A DNA stretch of 64,000 bases from Candidatus Latescibacterota bacterium (GTDB lineage Bacteria > Latescibacterota > UBA2968 > GCA-2709665). Positions 29,673 to 40,104 of this stretch are shown here, one piece after another. Under the pieces are notes generated by a model. That model saw nothing but the letters and a program-made list of their open reading frames with translations. It was not told the DNA's origin and searched no databases. The translations under genes were made by a program, and so were the position numbers. Numbering within the stretch: the first letter of the stretch is position 1; the number at the start of each line of letters is the position of its first letter. Where the stretch lies: the NCBI GenBank assembly GCA_965116875.1, contig OZ220733.1:832001-896000 (forward strand), read 5' to 3'.

Positions 29673-30824
29673 CTATCCCAGGTCCGAAATCGTCTGCTTG
29701 ATCGCCCACGCGATATATTCCAGGTCATCCCCGGTCGTCCCCGGGAACACCGGCGTACTTACAACCTGTTCACAGACCCTGGCCGCCACCGTACATCCGT
29801 CTCCGTTGTACCCGAGTTCCTGAAGGGCTTCCCAGGTCCACAGCGGCGGGTAGTGCTTTGCCGTTCCCAACTGATATCGATCCTTCAGGTGGGCGACGAA
29901 CGCGTCCGTGGTGAACCCCACGGCATCGGTATCCAGCCGGATCACGTGCAGATGGCTCCCGTGGTCGGGGCCGTGACCAGCGGGTAGGATGACCTCGACG
30001 ACGTCCGCAAGCAGCGCATTGAGACGAACCATCCGGTCCCGGCGGTCCTGAATCACCCGGTCGATCTTGGCCAACTGGGTAAGTCCGACCGCGTATTGGG
30101 GTTTGGTCATCCGGTAGTTGAATCCAACGCGCACCACCCGTGTTCCGCTTCCCCCGTAGACGTATCCGAACGTCTTCAGTTGCCGGACCTGCTCCGCGAA
30201 GTCCTCGTCATCCGTGGTCACCGCGCCACCCTCTCCCAGACACGTCATGTTCTTGTTGCTTTGAAAACTGTAACACGAGGCCTTTCCCCGGCCGCCGACG
30301 GGTTCGCCCCGATACCGGGTACCCACGGCATGCGCCGCGTCGTAAATTACCGGAACGCCCGTCTCCTCGGAAATCAGGTCGAACGCGTCCACGTCGCAGG
30401 CGAGGCCGGCAAAGTGCACCGGAATGATCGCCCGGGTGCGCGGCGTGATTTTTTCTCTTACCCTCCCGGGGTCCAGATTCAGACTCACCGGGTCGATATC
30501 CGCAAGGACCACCCGGGCGCCCCTGGCAATCGCGGTCCCGGCCGTACAGACAAACGTGAGTGGAGTTGTGATGACCTCGTCGCCTGCGCCGACGTCCAGC
30601 GCCATCATGCAGCAGTCCAGACCCGTACCGCAGGAATTGACCGCAATCGCCTTGCTCGCGCCCTCGTGCGCGGCGAACGCATTCTGAAAGTCGTTCTCTT
30701 CGGGGAGCGGGAAGAACGTCCCCTCCGACCCGGCGACGCCAACGAGAAGCCGGTTGACAGCATCGACGTCGTCCTGCTCATAGACCCCGCCCATGGAGCC
30801 GAAGGGTACCTCTCGAATTTTCAT
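29673..30824 (-). CDS. DegT/DnrJ/EryC1/StrS PLP-dependent sugar aminotransferase
   Basis: VNSCGTG, PVHFAG, YDAAHA, SFQSNKNMTCLGEGG, GFNYRM. Confidence 0.92.
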   Translation of the reverse strand: MKIREVPFGSMGGVYEQDDVDAVNRLLVGVAGSEGTFFPLPEENDFQNAFAAHEGASKAIAVNSCGTGLDCCMMALDVGAGDEVITTPLTFVCTAGTAIARGARVVLADIDPVSLNLDPGRVREKITPRTRAIIPVHFAGLACDVDAFDLISEETGVPVIYDAAHAVGTRYRGEPVGGRGKASCYSFQSNKNMTCLGEGGAVTTDDEDFAEQVRQLKTFGYVYGGSGTRVVRVGFNYRMTKPQYAVGLTQLAKIDRVIQDRRDRMVRLNALLADVVEVILPAGHGPDHGSHLHVIRLDTDAVGFTTDAFVAHLKDRYQLGTAKHYPPLWTWEALQELGYNGDGCTVAARVCEQVVSTPVFPGTTGDDLEYIAWAIKQTISDLG

Positions 30825-31020
30825 AAAACCGGGCGCGGCACCCCCTCTGAACGCGAGAGAAGAACGCGCCCTGCCTCCTTTCCATATCTTGAAATTCGCA
30901 CGGTTTTGCCCGCGTGTCAACGGTGTCCATGCGCGTTCTTCAAGTTAATACCCGGTCACCTTCTGTCAAGCCCAAAGACGCCTGACGACCGCTTCAGATA
31001 TGGGCGCCGTTTCCGGTGAA

Positions 31021-33000
31021 TCAATACCACTTGTGCACGACGTGGCCCCGGTTCGGAAACCAGATTGCGTCCACAAGCATCCCCGCCGTCACGGCGAGGA
31101 TGTATCCCACGAGCATCCCCAGGAAGAAGGGCATCGACCGCCGGTAGAACGCGACCCCGCCTGTCTTCAGCATGATCAGCTTCACCAGCCACGCCACCAG
31201 GAGCGTGGACCCCATGCGACGCGCCGCCGGAATGCCGGACAACGCGAACCCGATCGGGTGCAGCGGCCACCTGGCGAACCGGTAGCGCATCAGATTGACA
31301 AGGACCATCGTCACGGCGCCGATCAGCAGAAACCAGTAGTCGATCGCCTGCATCCTCGCCGGGTTCAGGATCTCGTTTGCCGTCATCCCGTACTGCCATT
31401 CGCCTTCGTGGATGATGAGCCAGTTGGGCCGGAAATTGTACGCGCCCACGTGGTATCCCAGCCAGATCGTGTACAATGTGGAACTGACCACCCCCACGAC
31501 AAATGCCGCGAACACCCCCCAGAAAAGCCGAGGTTTGTCCCTTCCGACGAAATCGCCCAGGCGATTGATCTGAGCCACCAGCGGCATGATGAAGCTCCTC
31601 GGATGGCTGACGGAGAATGACAGCAGGCCGAAGGTCGCGCGGGTGGAAGCATTCAGGGCCCCTGCGCCGCCAACCAGCGCACCTGAGAGTTCCCAGGCGG
31701 ACGCGGGCGGCTGGATATAGATGATTCCGGAATCGGCCACGACCTTGGCCACGAAGAGATAGGCGATGAACATCGTCGGAATCAGCAGGGCAATCATCCC
31801 GGCCTCCACCCCCAGTCGCCCCAGAAATGCCGCGATGTAAATGCAACCGGCCAGGAGGCCGATCAGCGCTGCTCGATAAGACAGGAACTCACGACCGGCT
31901 CCGGGCGAAGACCCGCGCGCCCCAAGCGCGCTCCGGACGACTTCGCGCAGGTGATGCCGGGAGATCCAGAGCCACCAGAAGACAAGCGACACGAACGCTC
32001 CGGCCGCCTGCCACTTGTAGGTGGTGGTTGTATAGGGCCCGGCGCCGTAGTGCGGCGACGTGGCGACGATTCCAATCCGGTTCAACGCGCCCGCTTCGAT
32101 CATGTACACGAAATCGAAAAACCAGAGGCTGAAGAGAACGTCGAGGCTCGCGAAATAGGAAAAGCAGATGACGGGCGTGCTGAGGAAGATGAAAAACGGA
32201 GGATACTCTTCGGGTAGGAGGTCCCAGATGAAGCGACCGGTTGCCGTGGGAAAGCTGGGGACCATCGGGTGGAACCAGGCGATCATGTTCCACCAGAAGA
32301 CGATTGACGTGAGCGCGAATCCCGCCCAGAACACCCTGCCCTTCATGAACTCCGGCAGCCACCTCTCTCCGGAACCGGCCCGTGACGTCATCTCCAGGAC
32401 CGGAGCCAGCGCCGGGTACACCAGTTTTTCATGGTCGGCCCACTGGCGGTGCAGGAGAACCGAAATGCAGATGCAGGCAAAGCCCAGTACAAACACGAAC
32501 GAGAGCCACCAGAACAGCGGCAGCCCCCAGACGTCCCAGGGAATCGTCGTCCGGCCGGGCAGCCCCTCGTAGAACCAGGACATCGCCAGGCTGTCATTCG
32601 TGGGGACCAGCCACCCCGGCAGGTGCGGATGGAGGTACTCCGCCCAGCGGTTCTCCGGCGTCGCGAAATAGTGCGGGGACGCCAACATACCCACCAGGTA
32701 CCCGCTGACTCCGTAATTGGGCCCGATGGCGCTGATGACCCCCATGCTGAAGACCGTGATCCATTCCGATGGCGACAGCACAAAGGCGGCGCCGAACCTC
32801 CGGGCAAGCACGGCGCAGGCCAGTATCGATACCAGGCAGAGCAACAGGACGCCCATGGGAATCTGGGCGACCATCATGTACGACCCTTTCTGGATGTACC
32901 GGGCCGTACAGGCCAGCAGGCTCATGGCCGTCGCAATGCACAGACCGATTACGATCGACCGAAGGGTCACCCTCGCTTCCGGCTGTTTCTCGCCTTTCAC
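31021..33000 (-). CDS. DUF6785/DUF6784-type polytopic membrane protein (putative transporter), paralog 1
   Basis: Many TM helices; YFATPENRW, HRQWADHEKLVYP, WPLHPIGF, PFFLGM. Confidence 0.75.
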   Translation of the reverse strand: MKGEKQPEARVTLRSIVIGLCIATAMSLLACTARYIQKGSYMMVAQIPMGVLLLCLVSILACAVLARRFGAAFVLSPSEWITVFSMGVISAIGPNYGVSGYLVGMLASPHYFATPENRWAEYLHPHLPGWLVPTNDSLAMSWFYEGLPGRTTIPWDVWGLPLFWWLSFVFVLGFACICISVLLHRQWADHEKLVYPALAPVLEMTSRAGSGERWLPEFMKGRVFWAGFALTSIVFWWNMIAWFHPMVPSFPTATGRFIWDLLPEEYPPFFIFLSTPVICFSYFASLDVLFSLWFFDFVYMIEAGALNRIGIVATSPHYGAGPYTTTTYKWQAAGAFVSLVFWWLWISRHHLREVVRSALGARGSSPGAGREFLSYRAALIGLLAGCIYIAAFLGRLGVEAGMIALLIPTMFIAYLFVAKVVADSGIIYIQPPASAWELSGALVGGAGALNASTRATFGLLSFSVSHPRSFIMPLVAQINRLGDFVGRDKPRLFWGVFAAFVVGVVSSTLYTIWLGYHVGAYNFRPNWLIIHEGEWQYGMTANEILNPARMQAIDYWFLLIGAVTMVLVNLMRYRFARWPLHPIGFALSGIPAARRMGSTLLVAWLVKLIMLKTGGVAFYRRSMPFFLGMLVGYILAVTAGMLVDAIWFPNRGHVVHKWY

Positions 33001-33208
33001 GATACGTTACTCATTGTCTTCCTTTGCGGGAGCCGACCTTGATTCGTCATTTTTCGGGGACGTAAAACCGAATATATGCAAGCTGATAAAGGCGATTCAA
33101 CTGCTGATTACCAGGATACACCAGGTCACTGGAAGTTAACGGAAAAAACGTCCTTTTGGACGACCTTTACGCCCCGTTTCAGGTGGTCTTCGTCGCGTCG
33201 CCGAGTTG

Positions 33209-34546
33209 CTATTTTCTACGAATTGGGGCTAACGGATTGATCCAGACGACGGCCCTGCTCCCCCAATCCGTGGACATGACGTCTTCGTAGCCGTCACCGT
33301 CCAGATCCGCCAGCCGGACGATATTCGGCCAGTTGAGGTCCGCGCCGTCACCCAGCCGGGTCGCTTCCCACTCCGTGCCGTCACCCCGCACGTTCCTGAA
33401 AACATAGACCCCGTCTCCGCCATCTGAAGGCGCCACGATATCCAATCGCCCGTCCCGGTCCACGTCTCCGACGGCGAAGGAATAGGCGTGACCCAGGCCG
33501 CCCGCGATTTCATGAAATCTCCATTCCATTCCGGGTCCGAGATTCTCACGCCAGGCCAGATACCCGTTTCGCAGGCTGGTCTCGACGCAGTCCAGGTCCC
33601 CGTCCGCGTCGAGGTCCGCGAATCGCGCATGGACCTGGGAAAGGGGCCTGTCGGAAAAGCGGGCGACCCATCGACGCACCGAATCGGGCGATTCCACGCG
33701 AAGGGAATCCCGCTTCCATTCGGTCCCCTTTCCATCGGCATTGAACAGGAGAAACGGTTGCGATGCGTGCTCGGAGGCGCACACGAGGTCCAGGTCCCCG
33801 TCCCGGTCCACGTCCCCCGCGTCCACGCCGATCAGGGGGGGCAGGTCCACGCGAACCGGCACTTCCTCCCAGGAATCGGATTCGCTGTTTTTCTGACGAA
33901 ACCACCCGACTTTATCCCCCGATTCCGAAATGGAGGTGACCACGATATCGTCGAGACCGTCTCCGTCGACGTCCGCGACCACGGCCCTGACCGGAAGCTC
34001 CAGCGCTTGCGACCTGAGGCTGAGCTTTCTCCAACGTGCCCCGTCCGAAGTCTCGTACAGGACCGTCTCTCCCGACAGATAGCAGGGGACCACAACGGCC
34101 GTGTTCCCGCCGGCCGTGCGACGTACCACGACGGCGTCTTTCGGCGTGACCTGCCGGTCATCCAGCAGATGGATACGTAACGCCAATCCCGAGTCCGGCC
34201 GGGCGGCAAGGTTCTCCAGCCAATAGACCATGCCGTACTCACGGTCCTGGTCCGGGACCTCTTCCCCACCCGACTGAAAGGCCACCACGAGGTCCGGGTC
34301 GCCATCCCGGTCGAAATCGGCGGCGTGAATGCCGTAGGAATTGGCCCCGTCAAGCGATCCACCATCGCCGCGCCCCAGGTCGAATACACGCCAGCGTGCG
34401 GCCGCACTTGCGCCCAATCCCCTGACATTGGGGCTCAGGGTCAGAATCTCCGGAGGGACCTGGGCCGCGGCGGGAACGGCGACGGCGCAGGCAGCGGCCG
34501 CGATCCATCCCGTCCGGAACGCCCGGAAACCGAAATACGACATCAA
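33209..34546 (-). CDS. Secreted FG-GAP/VCBS repeat protein
   Basis: Signal peptide; repeated ADFDRDGDPDL / GDVDRDGDLD motifs. Confidence 0.85.
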   Translation of the reverse strand: MMSYFGFRAFRTGWIAAAACAVAVPAAAQVPPEILTLSPNVRGLGASAAARWRVFDLGRGDGGSLDGANSYGIHAADFDRDGDPDLVVAFQSGGEEVPDQDREYGMVYWLENLAARPDSGLALRIHLLDDRQVTPKDAVVVRRTAGGNTAVVVPCYLSGETVLYETSDGARWRKLSLRSQALELPVRAVVADVDGDGLDDIVVTSISESGDKVGWFRQKNSESDSWEEVPVRVDLPPLIGVDAGDVDRDGDLDLVCASEHASQPFLLFNADGKGTEWKRDSLRVESPDSVRRWVARFSDRPLSQVHARFADLDADGDLDCVETSLRNGYLAWRENLGPGMEWRFHEIAGGLGHAYSFAVGDVDRDGRLDIVAPSDGGDGVYVFRNVRGDGTEWEATRLGDGADLNWPNIVRLADLDGDGYEDVMSTDWGSRAVVWINPLAPIRRK

Positions 34547-35775
34547 CGCCTCCCCGGCATCTTCGTTGTGTGGATGCGTCCGCCGATCCCGCCCAGCTCC
34601 GCCGGCATCTGTCCGGAAGGACGATCCGCGCAGGGCCGGAAGTCCGGAACCCTCACGACCCTGGACCCTTCCTCGATCGAATCCACCGCCAGCACCGCCG
34701 GCGCCATCGAGTCCATCACCCTGTACACGTCGTATTCAAGCGACTCGCTCTTCAGTATCGCGTCGCGAAAATACATATGCACGTAGTAGTCGGCGTCGCC
34801 GTGGCCGCTTCCCCGCGCCTCCGGGGGCGCATCGGTCCGCTGGTACTGCCAGTCGACCTCCATCCAGTCGTTCATCTGCGTGTCCGCCAGCCACAGTTTC
34901 GGCTTCTCCTTTCCGGACCGCCGCCACTCCACGCTTCCCTTCGTACCGATCATCTGCCACCAGTGGTGGTCTCCGTGCGGCCTGGGCTGGTTGAACCCGT
35001 TCAGCATCCGGATCAGCGTGTCGTTCTCCGTCTTCATCAGCGCCACCTGAATATCCGCGTTGAGCATCTCCGGCGTCGTATAACTGGGCGGCCTGGTGCT
35101 CATGGCCGTGACCTCGGTCACGCGGTCGTCCAGGATCTTCAGCAGTATGCTCAGGTCGTACGAAGCGGAGATGATGTAGGGAAGAAACTGGGGCGTTGCG
35201 GGTTCGGCATCCGGGTGGTCGGCAAGCGCCTCAACCGGGTAATTCTTGCCGGTATTGTAATCCTGGAACCACTGATGGGTGCCGTAGTAACCCAGGTACT
35301 GACCTTCCGCGTACGTGATCTTGCCCAGCATCCCGTCGTCCACCAGCTTCTTCCAGCCGTCCACGAACCCCCAGAACCGCGTCTGCTCCGCGAGGCTGTA
35401 GACCAGTCCCGTCCGCTCCACGTTCGTGACGATACGCCAGCATTCCTCCATCGTCTGGGCTCCCGGCACCTCCGCGTTGACGTGCTTTCCCGCCTCAAGC
35501 GCCTCCGCGGCCAACGTCCCCTGCTCCATCTGTCTGACCACCAGACCCACCGCGTCCATCTCCTCGTACGCCAGGAAATCGTAGTAATTGCCGAATACCT
35601 TCACGTCGTCCCGATATGCGATCTCCGCCAGCGCCCGCTCGTGCAACGGCTCGATCCAGTCGTAGATGGCTGTGATCCGGTAACCCGGGACCCTCTGCAA
35701 AAGCCGGATCCAGTGCAGCCCGCGGTGGCCCAGTCCTGCAACTCCGATTCTGATCTCGTCCATGGTCGTCTCCAT
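34543..35775 (-). CDS. Gfo/Idh/MocA oxidoreductase, paralog B
   Basis: IGVAGLGHRG, GKHVNAEVP, GSGHGDAD. Confidence 0.88.
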   Translation of the reverse strand: METTMDEIRIGVAGLGHRGLHWIRLLQRVPGYRITAIYDWIEPLHERALAEIAYRDDVKVFGNYYDFLAYEEMDAVGLVVRQMEQGTLAAEALEAGKHVNAEVPGAQTMEECWRIVTNVERTGLVYSLAEQTRFWGFVDGWKKLVDDGMLGKITYAEGQYLGYYGTHQWFQDYNTGKNYPVEALADHPDAEPATPQFLPYIISASYDLSILLKILDDRVTEVTAMSTRPPSYTTPEMLNADIQVALMKTENDTLIRMLNGFNQPRPHGDHHWWQMIGTKGSVEWRRSGKEKPKLWLADTQMNDWMEVDWQYQRTDAPPEARGSGHGDADYYVHMYFRDAILKSESLEYDVYRVMDSMAPAVLAVDSIEEGSRVVRVPDFRPCADRPSGQMPAELGGIGGRIHTTKMPGRR

Positions 35776-35859
35776 TCGTTTCTGGCTTGCCGCCCGTTCA
35801 GTTGCGAAAACCGCCGAACCGATACGTACGCGAGACGCCTACCCGCGCCCGCTTCCCCG

Positions 35860-36777
35860 TCACACGGGATCGCGCTCGCAGCCCAGCGCCTGCGCAATCG
35901 CCCGGATGTGCGACGGACCCGCGCCGCAGCACGCGCCGATGAAGTGGATGCCCTCGGCCTTCGCCTTCAACGCGTATTGGGCCATCTCGCTGCCCGACAC
36001 GATCATCGACTCGCGTATCACCGAATTGTTGGGCCCGGCGTTCCGATAGCCCTGCGGCTGATAGGCGATGGGGATATCCACCGCCTCCCGCATCGCCAGG
36101 ACCCCAGGCCACATGGTCATCGAATCGCCGGAGCAGACCAGGCCGACGATATCCGCGCCCTCTTCCGCCAGGACCTTCGCGCACTCCGCCGGCGTGGCGC
36201 CGTCGTGCGTCCGGCTGCTCGAGCCCATCAGCACCATCGCGGGCACGTTGGTTTTCTTGCAGCGCGAAAGGCACAGCCGGGCTTCGTCCAGCCGCGCGAA
36301 CGTCTCCGGCACGAGGAGCCCGGCGCCCGCGTCCACCATCCAGGAAATGTGCTCGTCCCACTCCGCGCATGCCCGCTCGCGCGCCCGGGCATTGTCGGGC
36401 TGGAATATGTACGGCCCCGTCCAGGACCCCGCGGCGGTCTGGTTCAGGCAGCCGGCGACCAGGGCTTCGCCGCCGCATGCCTCCAGTGCCAGCCGGATCG
36501 CGGTGCGGGAAATCTCCTCCAGGCGCGCACCCTCCCCGATTGGGCCGTCGCCCGGTTTGTGGCGGCGTTCGAGTTGGGACCGGCTGGTCCACCAGGTCTG
36601 TGCCTGCAGCACATGGGATCCGGCCCGAAAGAAATCCTGGTGGATCTGACGCAGCGCGTCCGGATCTTCCAGGATCATCTCCGGGGTATCGTATCCCCGC
36701 CACCTCGCCTCGATGATCATCCCGCCGTCGCTCAGAACGACGCCCTCCTCCAGCATTTTCAATATGTCCATGCCCAT
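35860..36777 (-). CDS. Homocysteine S-methyltransferase (BHMT-like) family protein, Zn ligands intact
   Basis: LSDGGM, GLVC, FIGACCGAGPSHIRAIA. Confidence 0.85.
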   Translation of the reverse strand: MGMDILKMLEEGVVLSDGGMIIEARWRGYDTPEMILEDPDALRQIHQDFFRAGSHVLQAQTWWTSRSQLERRHKPGDGPIGEGARLEEISRTAIRLALEACGGEALVAGCLNQTAAGSWTGPYIFQPDNARARERACAEWDEHISWMVDAGAGLLVPETFARLDEARLCLSRCKKTNVPAMVLMGSSSRTHDGATPAECAKVLAEEGADIVGLVCSGDSMTMWPGVLAMREAVDIPIAYQPQGYRNAGPNNSVIRESMIVSGSEMAQYALKAKAEGIHFIGACCGAGPSHIRAIAQALGCERDPV

Positions 36778-36898
36778 CCTGGCCCTCCTGTACTGGAATC
36801 CAATCGAGTTTCAATATACGCCCCATCGCCGCCGAACGATTCCCGGTTTCCTCCTGCCGGGTCCCCGATACGCCTGGCGTCGATAAATTCTTCGCACG

Positions 36899-37825
36899 CT
36901 ATCGCGGACGGAGTTCAATGTGTTTCCGTTCGCAGTCCAGCGCCTGCGCCATCGATCGAAGGAGCCGGATCACCACGCCGTCCGATCCGCCCACGAAGCG
37001 GATGTCGTGGGCGACCGCCTTCAACGCGTACTGCCCCATTTCAATCCCGTAGACGTGCATGCCTTCCCGCATGTGCTCCCAGTGCGCCCTGCACGTGCGA
37101 TACCCGTTCGGCAGAAAGGCGATGGGCGCATCCACCGCGTCCCGCATTTCCAGCACCACGGGCCACAGGTCCTCCGGTTCCCGCATGCCGCCCCCACCCA
37201 CGACGTCTGCGCCGTCGCCTGCCAGAACGCGCGCGCACTCGGCCGGCGCGACGCCGTCCGCCGTCACTTCATCCTCGCGAAGCCCGGGATTGTTCAATCT
37301 TCCCTCGGGCAATGCGACGTCCACGGATACCACAACCGGCAATGCGCTGTTCCTGCAGCAGGCCAGCGCCAGGCGCGCTTCGTCGAGCCGGTTGAATGAA
37401 TCGCAGACGAGCAGATCCACGCCGGCGTCCGCCATTATCCCAACCTGTTCCTCCCACTCCGTCCGGGCGCGGTTTACGGATCCCGCGTCATCCGCCTGAA
37501 AGGCCCCCGTTGGCGCCAGCGTCCCCGCCACGAGCGCCTCCCCGCCGGCCGCGCGCTTCGCCAGCGAAACAGCCCTCCGGTTCAACGCGTCGACCCGGTC
37601 GCCGTTTGCCCGTTCGCCAAGTCCGGTTCGCGTACACCGGCCCGTCAGGGTTCGGATCACGCCGGCGCCGGCGCGGAAGAAGTCCTGGTGGACGAGCCGC
37701 ACCGCGTCCGGGAAGTCCTCGAGTACGAACGGCGCCGAATATCCGCGAAGCCTCATTTCTTCCACGTTTCCCCCGTCGGCCAGCACGAAGCCTTTTTCAA
37801 GGGATTTCAATACGGACTCTGGCAT
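36899..37825 (-). CDS. Homocysteine S-methyltransferase-like protein lacking the Zn-binding cysteines
   Basis: LADGGN, HQDFFRAGA; VVGGGG and FVGGSDG replace GxxC and GGCCG. Confidence 0.78.
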   Translation of the reverse strand: MPESVLKSLEKGFVLADGGNVEEMRLRGYSAPFVLEDFPDAVRLVHQDFFRAGAGVIRTLTGRCTRTGLGERANGDRVDALNRRAVSLAKRAAGGEALVAGTLAPTGAFQADDAGSVNRARTEWEEQVGIMADAGVDLLVCDSFNRLDEARLALACCRNSALPVVVSVDVALPEGRLNNPGLREDEVTADGVAPAECARVLAGDGADVVGGGGMREPEDLWPVVLEMRDAVDAPIAFLPNGYRTCRAHWEHMREGMHVYGIEMGQYALKAVAHDIRFVGGSDGVVIRLLRSMAQALDCERKHIELRPR

Positions 37826-37900
37826 AAAACAACTCCTTTCCTGTTATCATCTCACTACAATCAGCACAGGGTGCTACTCGCAGACCCGAAAAGCGGTGAT

Positions 37901-38024
37901 AAAACCGGGTAGAGGGGAGACGGAAGACGGGAGAAGAAGCCCTTGCCGATCTGTTCTTCCGACTTGCCTGCGGCTTGGGATGAATCCCTAATCGGCATGC
38001 GATCTCTTCCCTCTCCCGGCTCAC
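37901..38024 (+). repeat. Dispersed repeat family C
   Basis: GGGTAGAGGG.AGACGGAAGACG..AGAAGAA..CCTTGCC...ATCTCT.CCCTCT shared with 54411-54530 and 58555-58686 (reverse). Confidence 0.6.
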
Positions 38025-38085
38025 GTCTCACCCGGTGGTCGGGCGGGCTGTGGTCCTCTAACGTCTCCCGTCTACCTCTCCCCGC

Positions 38086-40089
38086 CTAATGCCAGCTGTG
38101 CACCCTGTGACCGGAATTCGGGAACCAGATGGCGTCCACGACCGTGCCCGCGATCACCGCAATGATGTATGCCGTCAGTATCCCGATGAAAAAGGGCAGC
38201 GATCGCCGGTAAAACGCCGTGCCGCCGATCCGGAGCATCAGGAATTTGATCAGCCACGCGACCAGAAGCGTCAGGCTTTCCAGCCTGGCGAATATCGTAC
38301 CCGAGAGCGCGAACCCAACCGGGTGGAGCCGCCATCTGGGCAGCCTGTAACGCATGACGTTCAGGGCCGTCATGATAACCACTCCCCCGAGGAACAGCCA
38401 GTATTCTACGGCCAGGATCGGCCGCGGGTTGCGCAGCGCGTCCACCGCCAGGCCGTAATTCCATTCACCCTCGCGAAGAATCAGCCAGTTCGGCTGGAAA
38501 TTGTACCCGCCCATGGTATAGGCCAGCCAGACCGTATGGAGCGTCGACACCACCGTACCCACCATGAACGCCCCGAAAATTCCCCAGAAAAAGCGCCGCT
38601 TCCCTTCGGGTAGAAAATCTCCCAGGCGGTTCACCTGTGCGACCATCGGCAGCGCGAAACTCCTCGGGTGATTGACCGTGAACGGCAGCAGGCTGGAGGC
38701 GGCGTTCGTTGACGGGTTCAGCCTGTGGGCCCCTCCCAGCGCAAACAGCGCGTAGTCCCAGGCCACCGCCGGGGGATCCACGTACACCAGCCCCGAGTCG
38801 GCGACCACCTTCGCCACGCCCACGTACGCGATGAACATGGCCGGCGTCAACACCAGGATCATTCCCGGCTCCACGCCGATCCGCGCGAGCCACGCGACAA
38901 TATAGACGCAACAGACGACCAGCCCGACAACGGCCGCGCGATAGGATATCCATTCCCTGCTGTCGTCCAGGGCGGAACCGTCCGGGCGTATCGCCTTCCG
39001 GAAGACCTCTCTCAGGTGCCCCCGGGAGATCCAGAGCCACCAGATCACCAGCGCGGCGAAGGCGCCCGCCGTCTGGAATTTGTAGCTCGTGAGGTTGTAC
39101 GGGCCGGAACCGTAGTGCGGGGACGTCGCCACCACTCCCAATCGATTCAGAATGCCGGCTTCGATCATATAGAGGATATCGAAGAACCAGATGCTGAAGA
39201 GCACTTCCAGGTTGGCGAAATAGGAAAAACAGATGACGAAGATGCTCACGTAGACGCAGAACGGGGGATACTGTTTGGGCAGGAGATCCCACACATAGCT
39301 CATGCGGGTGTTTATCACCCTCGGAAACGTCGGATAGAACCAGTGCACCATATTCAGCCAGAAAACCCCCGACGTCAGTCCGAACCCCGCCCAGAATGCC
39401 TTTCCCGTCATGAATTCCGGAAGGACGCGCGCCCCGGACCCGCTCCGGTTCGCCATCTCCAGAACCGGCGTCAGCGCGGGATAGACCAGCTTTTCGTGGT
39501 CCGCCCACTGGCGATGCAGAATCACCGACACGCAGACACATGCGAACCCCAGGACGGCGATGAATATGAACCACCACAGCAGCGGCCCACACCAGTCGTG
39601 CCAGGGTATGGACATCCCGTTCGGGAGCCCTTCGAAAAACAGGGTAATGGACCGATGTTCGTCCGTTGAGATCAACCAGCCGGGAAGATGCGGGTGCAGA
39701 AACTCCGACCATCTGTTCTCGGGTGTGGCGAAGTAGTAGGGAGCCACCATCTGGCTCACAAGATACCCGCTGATACCGTAGGTGGGGCCCATGGCGCTGA
39801 TCAGGCCCATGCCGAAAATCGTGATCCACTCCGCGGGCGCCAGCACGAATCGGCGGCCGAACCATCGGGCAAGCGCCGCGCAGATCAGGATGGACACCAG
39901 AAAGAGAAGAAGGTCGCCCATCGGGATCAGGCTGATGGCCATGTACGACCCGTGCTGAACGTAACGCATCGTATTGGCGAGCAGATTGACCGCGATGGAA
40001 AGCCCGAGCCCGAAAACGACGGCCCGTGTTGTTACGCCGTGACGCACGGAATGTTGTTGCCGCGCTTCCGCCGTGCCGCCCCTGGCCAT
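38086..40089 (-). CDS. DUF6785/DUF6784-type membrane protein, paralog 2
   Basis: Collinear and highly similar to 31021-33000. Confidence 0.75.
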   Translation of the reverse strand: MARGGTAEARQQHSVRHGVTTRAVVFGLGLSIAVNLLANTMRYVQHGSYMAISLIPMGDLLLFLVSILICAALARWFGRRFVLAPAEWITIFGMGLISAMGPTYGISGYLVSQMVAPYYFATPENRWSEFLHPHLPGWLISTDEHRSITLFFEGLPNGMSIPWHDWCGPLLWWFIFIAVLGFACVCVSVILHRQWADHEKLVYPALTPVLEMANRSGSGARVLPEFMTGKAFWAGFGLTSGVFWLNMVHWFYPTFPRVINTRMSYVWDLLPKQYPPFCVYVSIFVICFSYFANLEVLFSIWFFDILYMIEAGILNRLGVVATSPHYGSGPYNLTSYKFQTAGAFAALVIWWLWISRGHLREVFRKAIRPDGSALDDSREWISYRAAVVGLVVCCVYIVAWLARIGVEPGMILVLTPAMFIAYVGVAKVVADSGLVYVDPPAVAWDYALFALGGAHRLNPSTNAASSLLPFTVNHPRSFALPMVAQVNRLGDFLPEGKRRFFWGIFGAFMVGTVVSTLHTVWLAYTMGGYNFQPNWLILREGEWNYGLAVDALRNPRPILAVEYWLFLGGVVIMTALNVMRYRLPRWRLHPVGFALSGTIFARLESLTLLVAWLIKFLMLRIGGTAFYRRSLPFFIGILTAYIIAVIAGTVVDAIWFPNSGHRVHSWH

Positions 40090-40104
40090 GGATCCCCCGT
40101 CCGT

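Noticed and set aside
28340-30824. O-antigen/NDP-sugar biosynthesis locus
   Set aside because: No glycosyltransferase, flippase, polymerase or NDP-sugar dehydratase nearby.
34570-37395. 941-aa plus-strand ORF
   Set aside because: Antisense shadow of well-supported minus-strand genes; Arg/Pro-rich, no motifs; typical of high-GC DNA.
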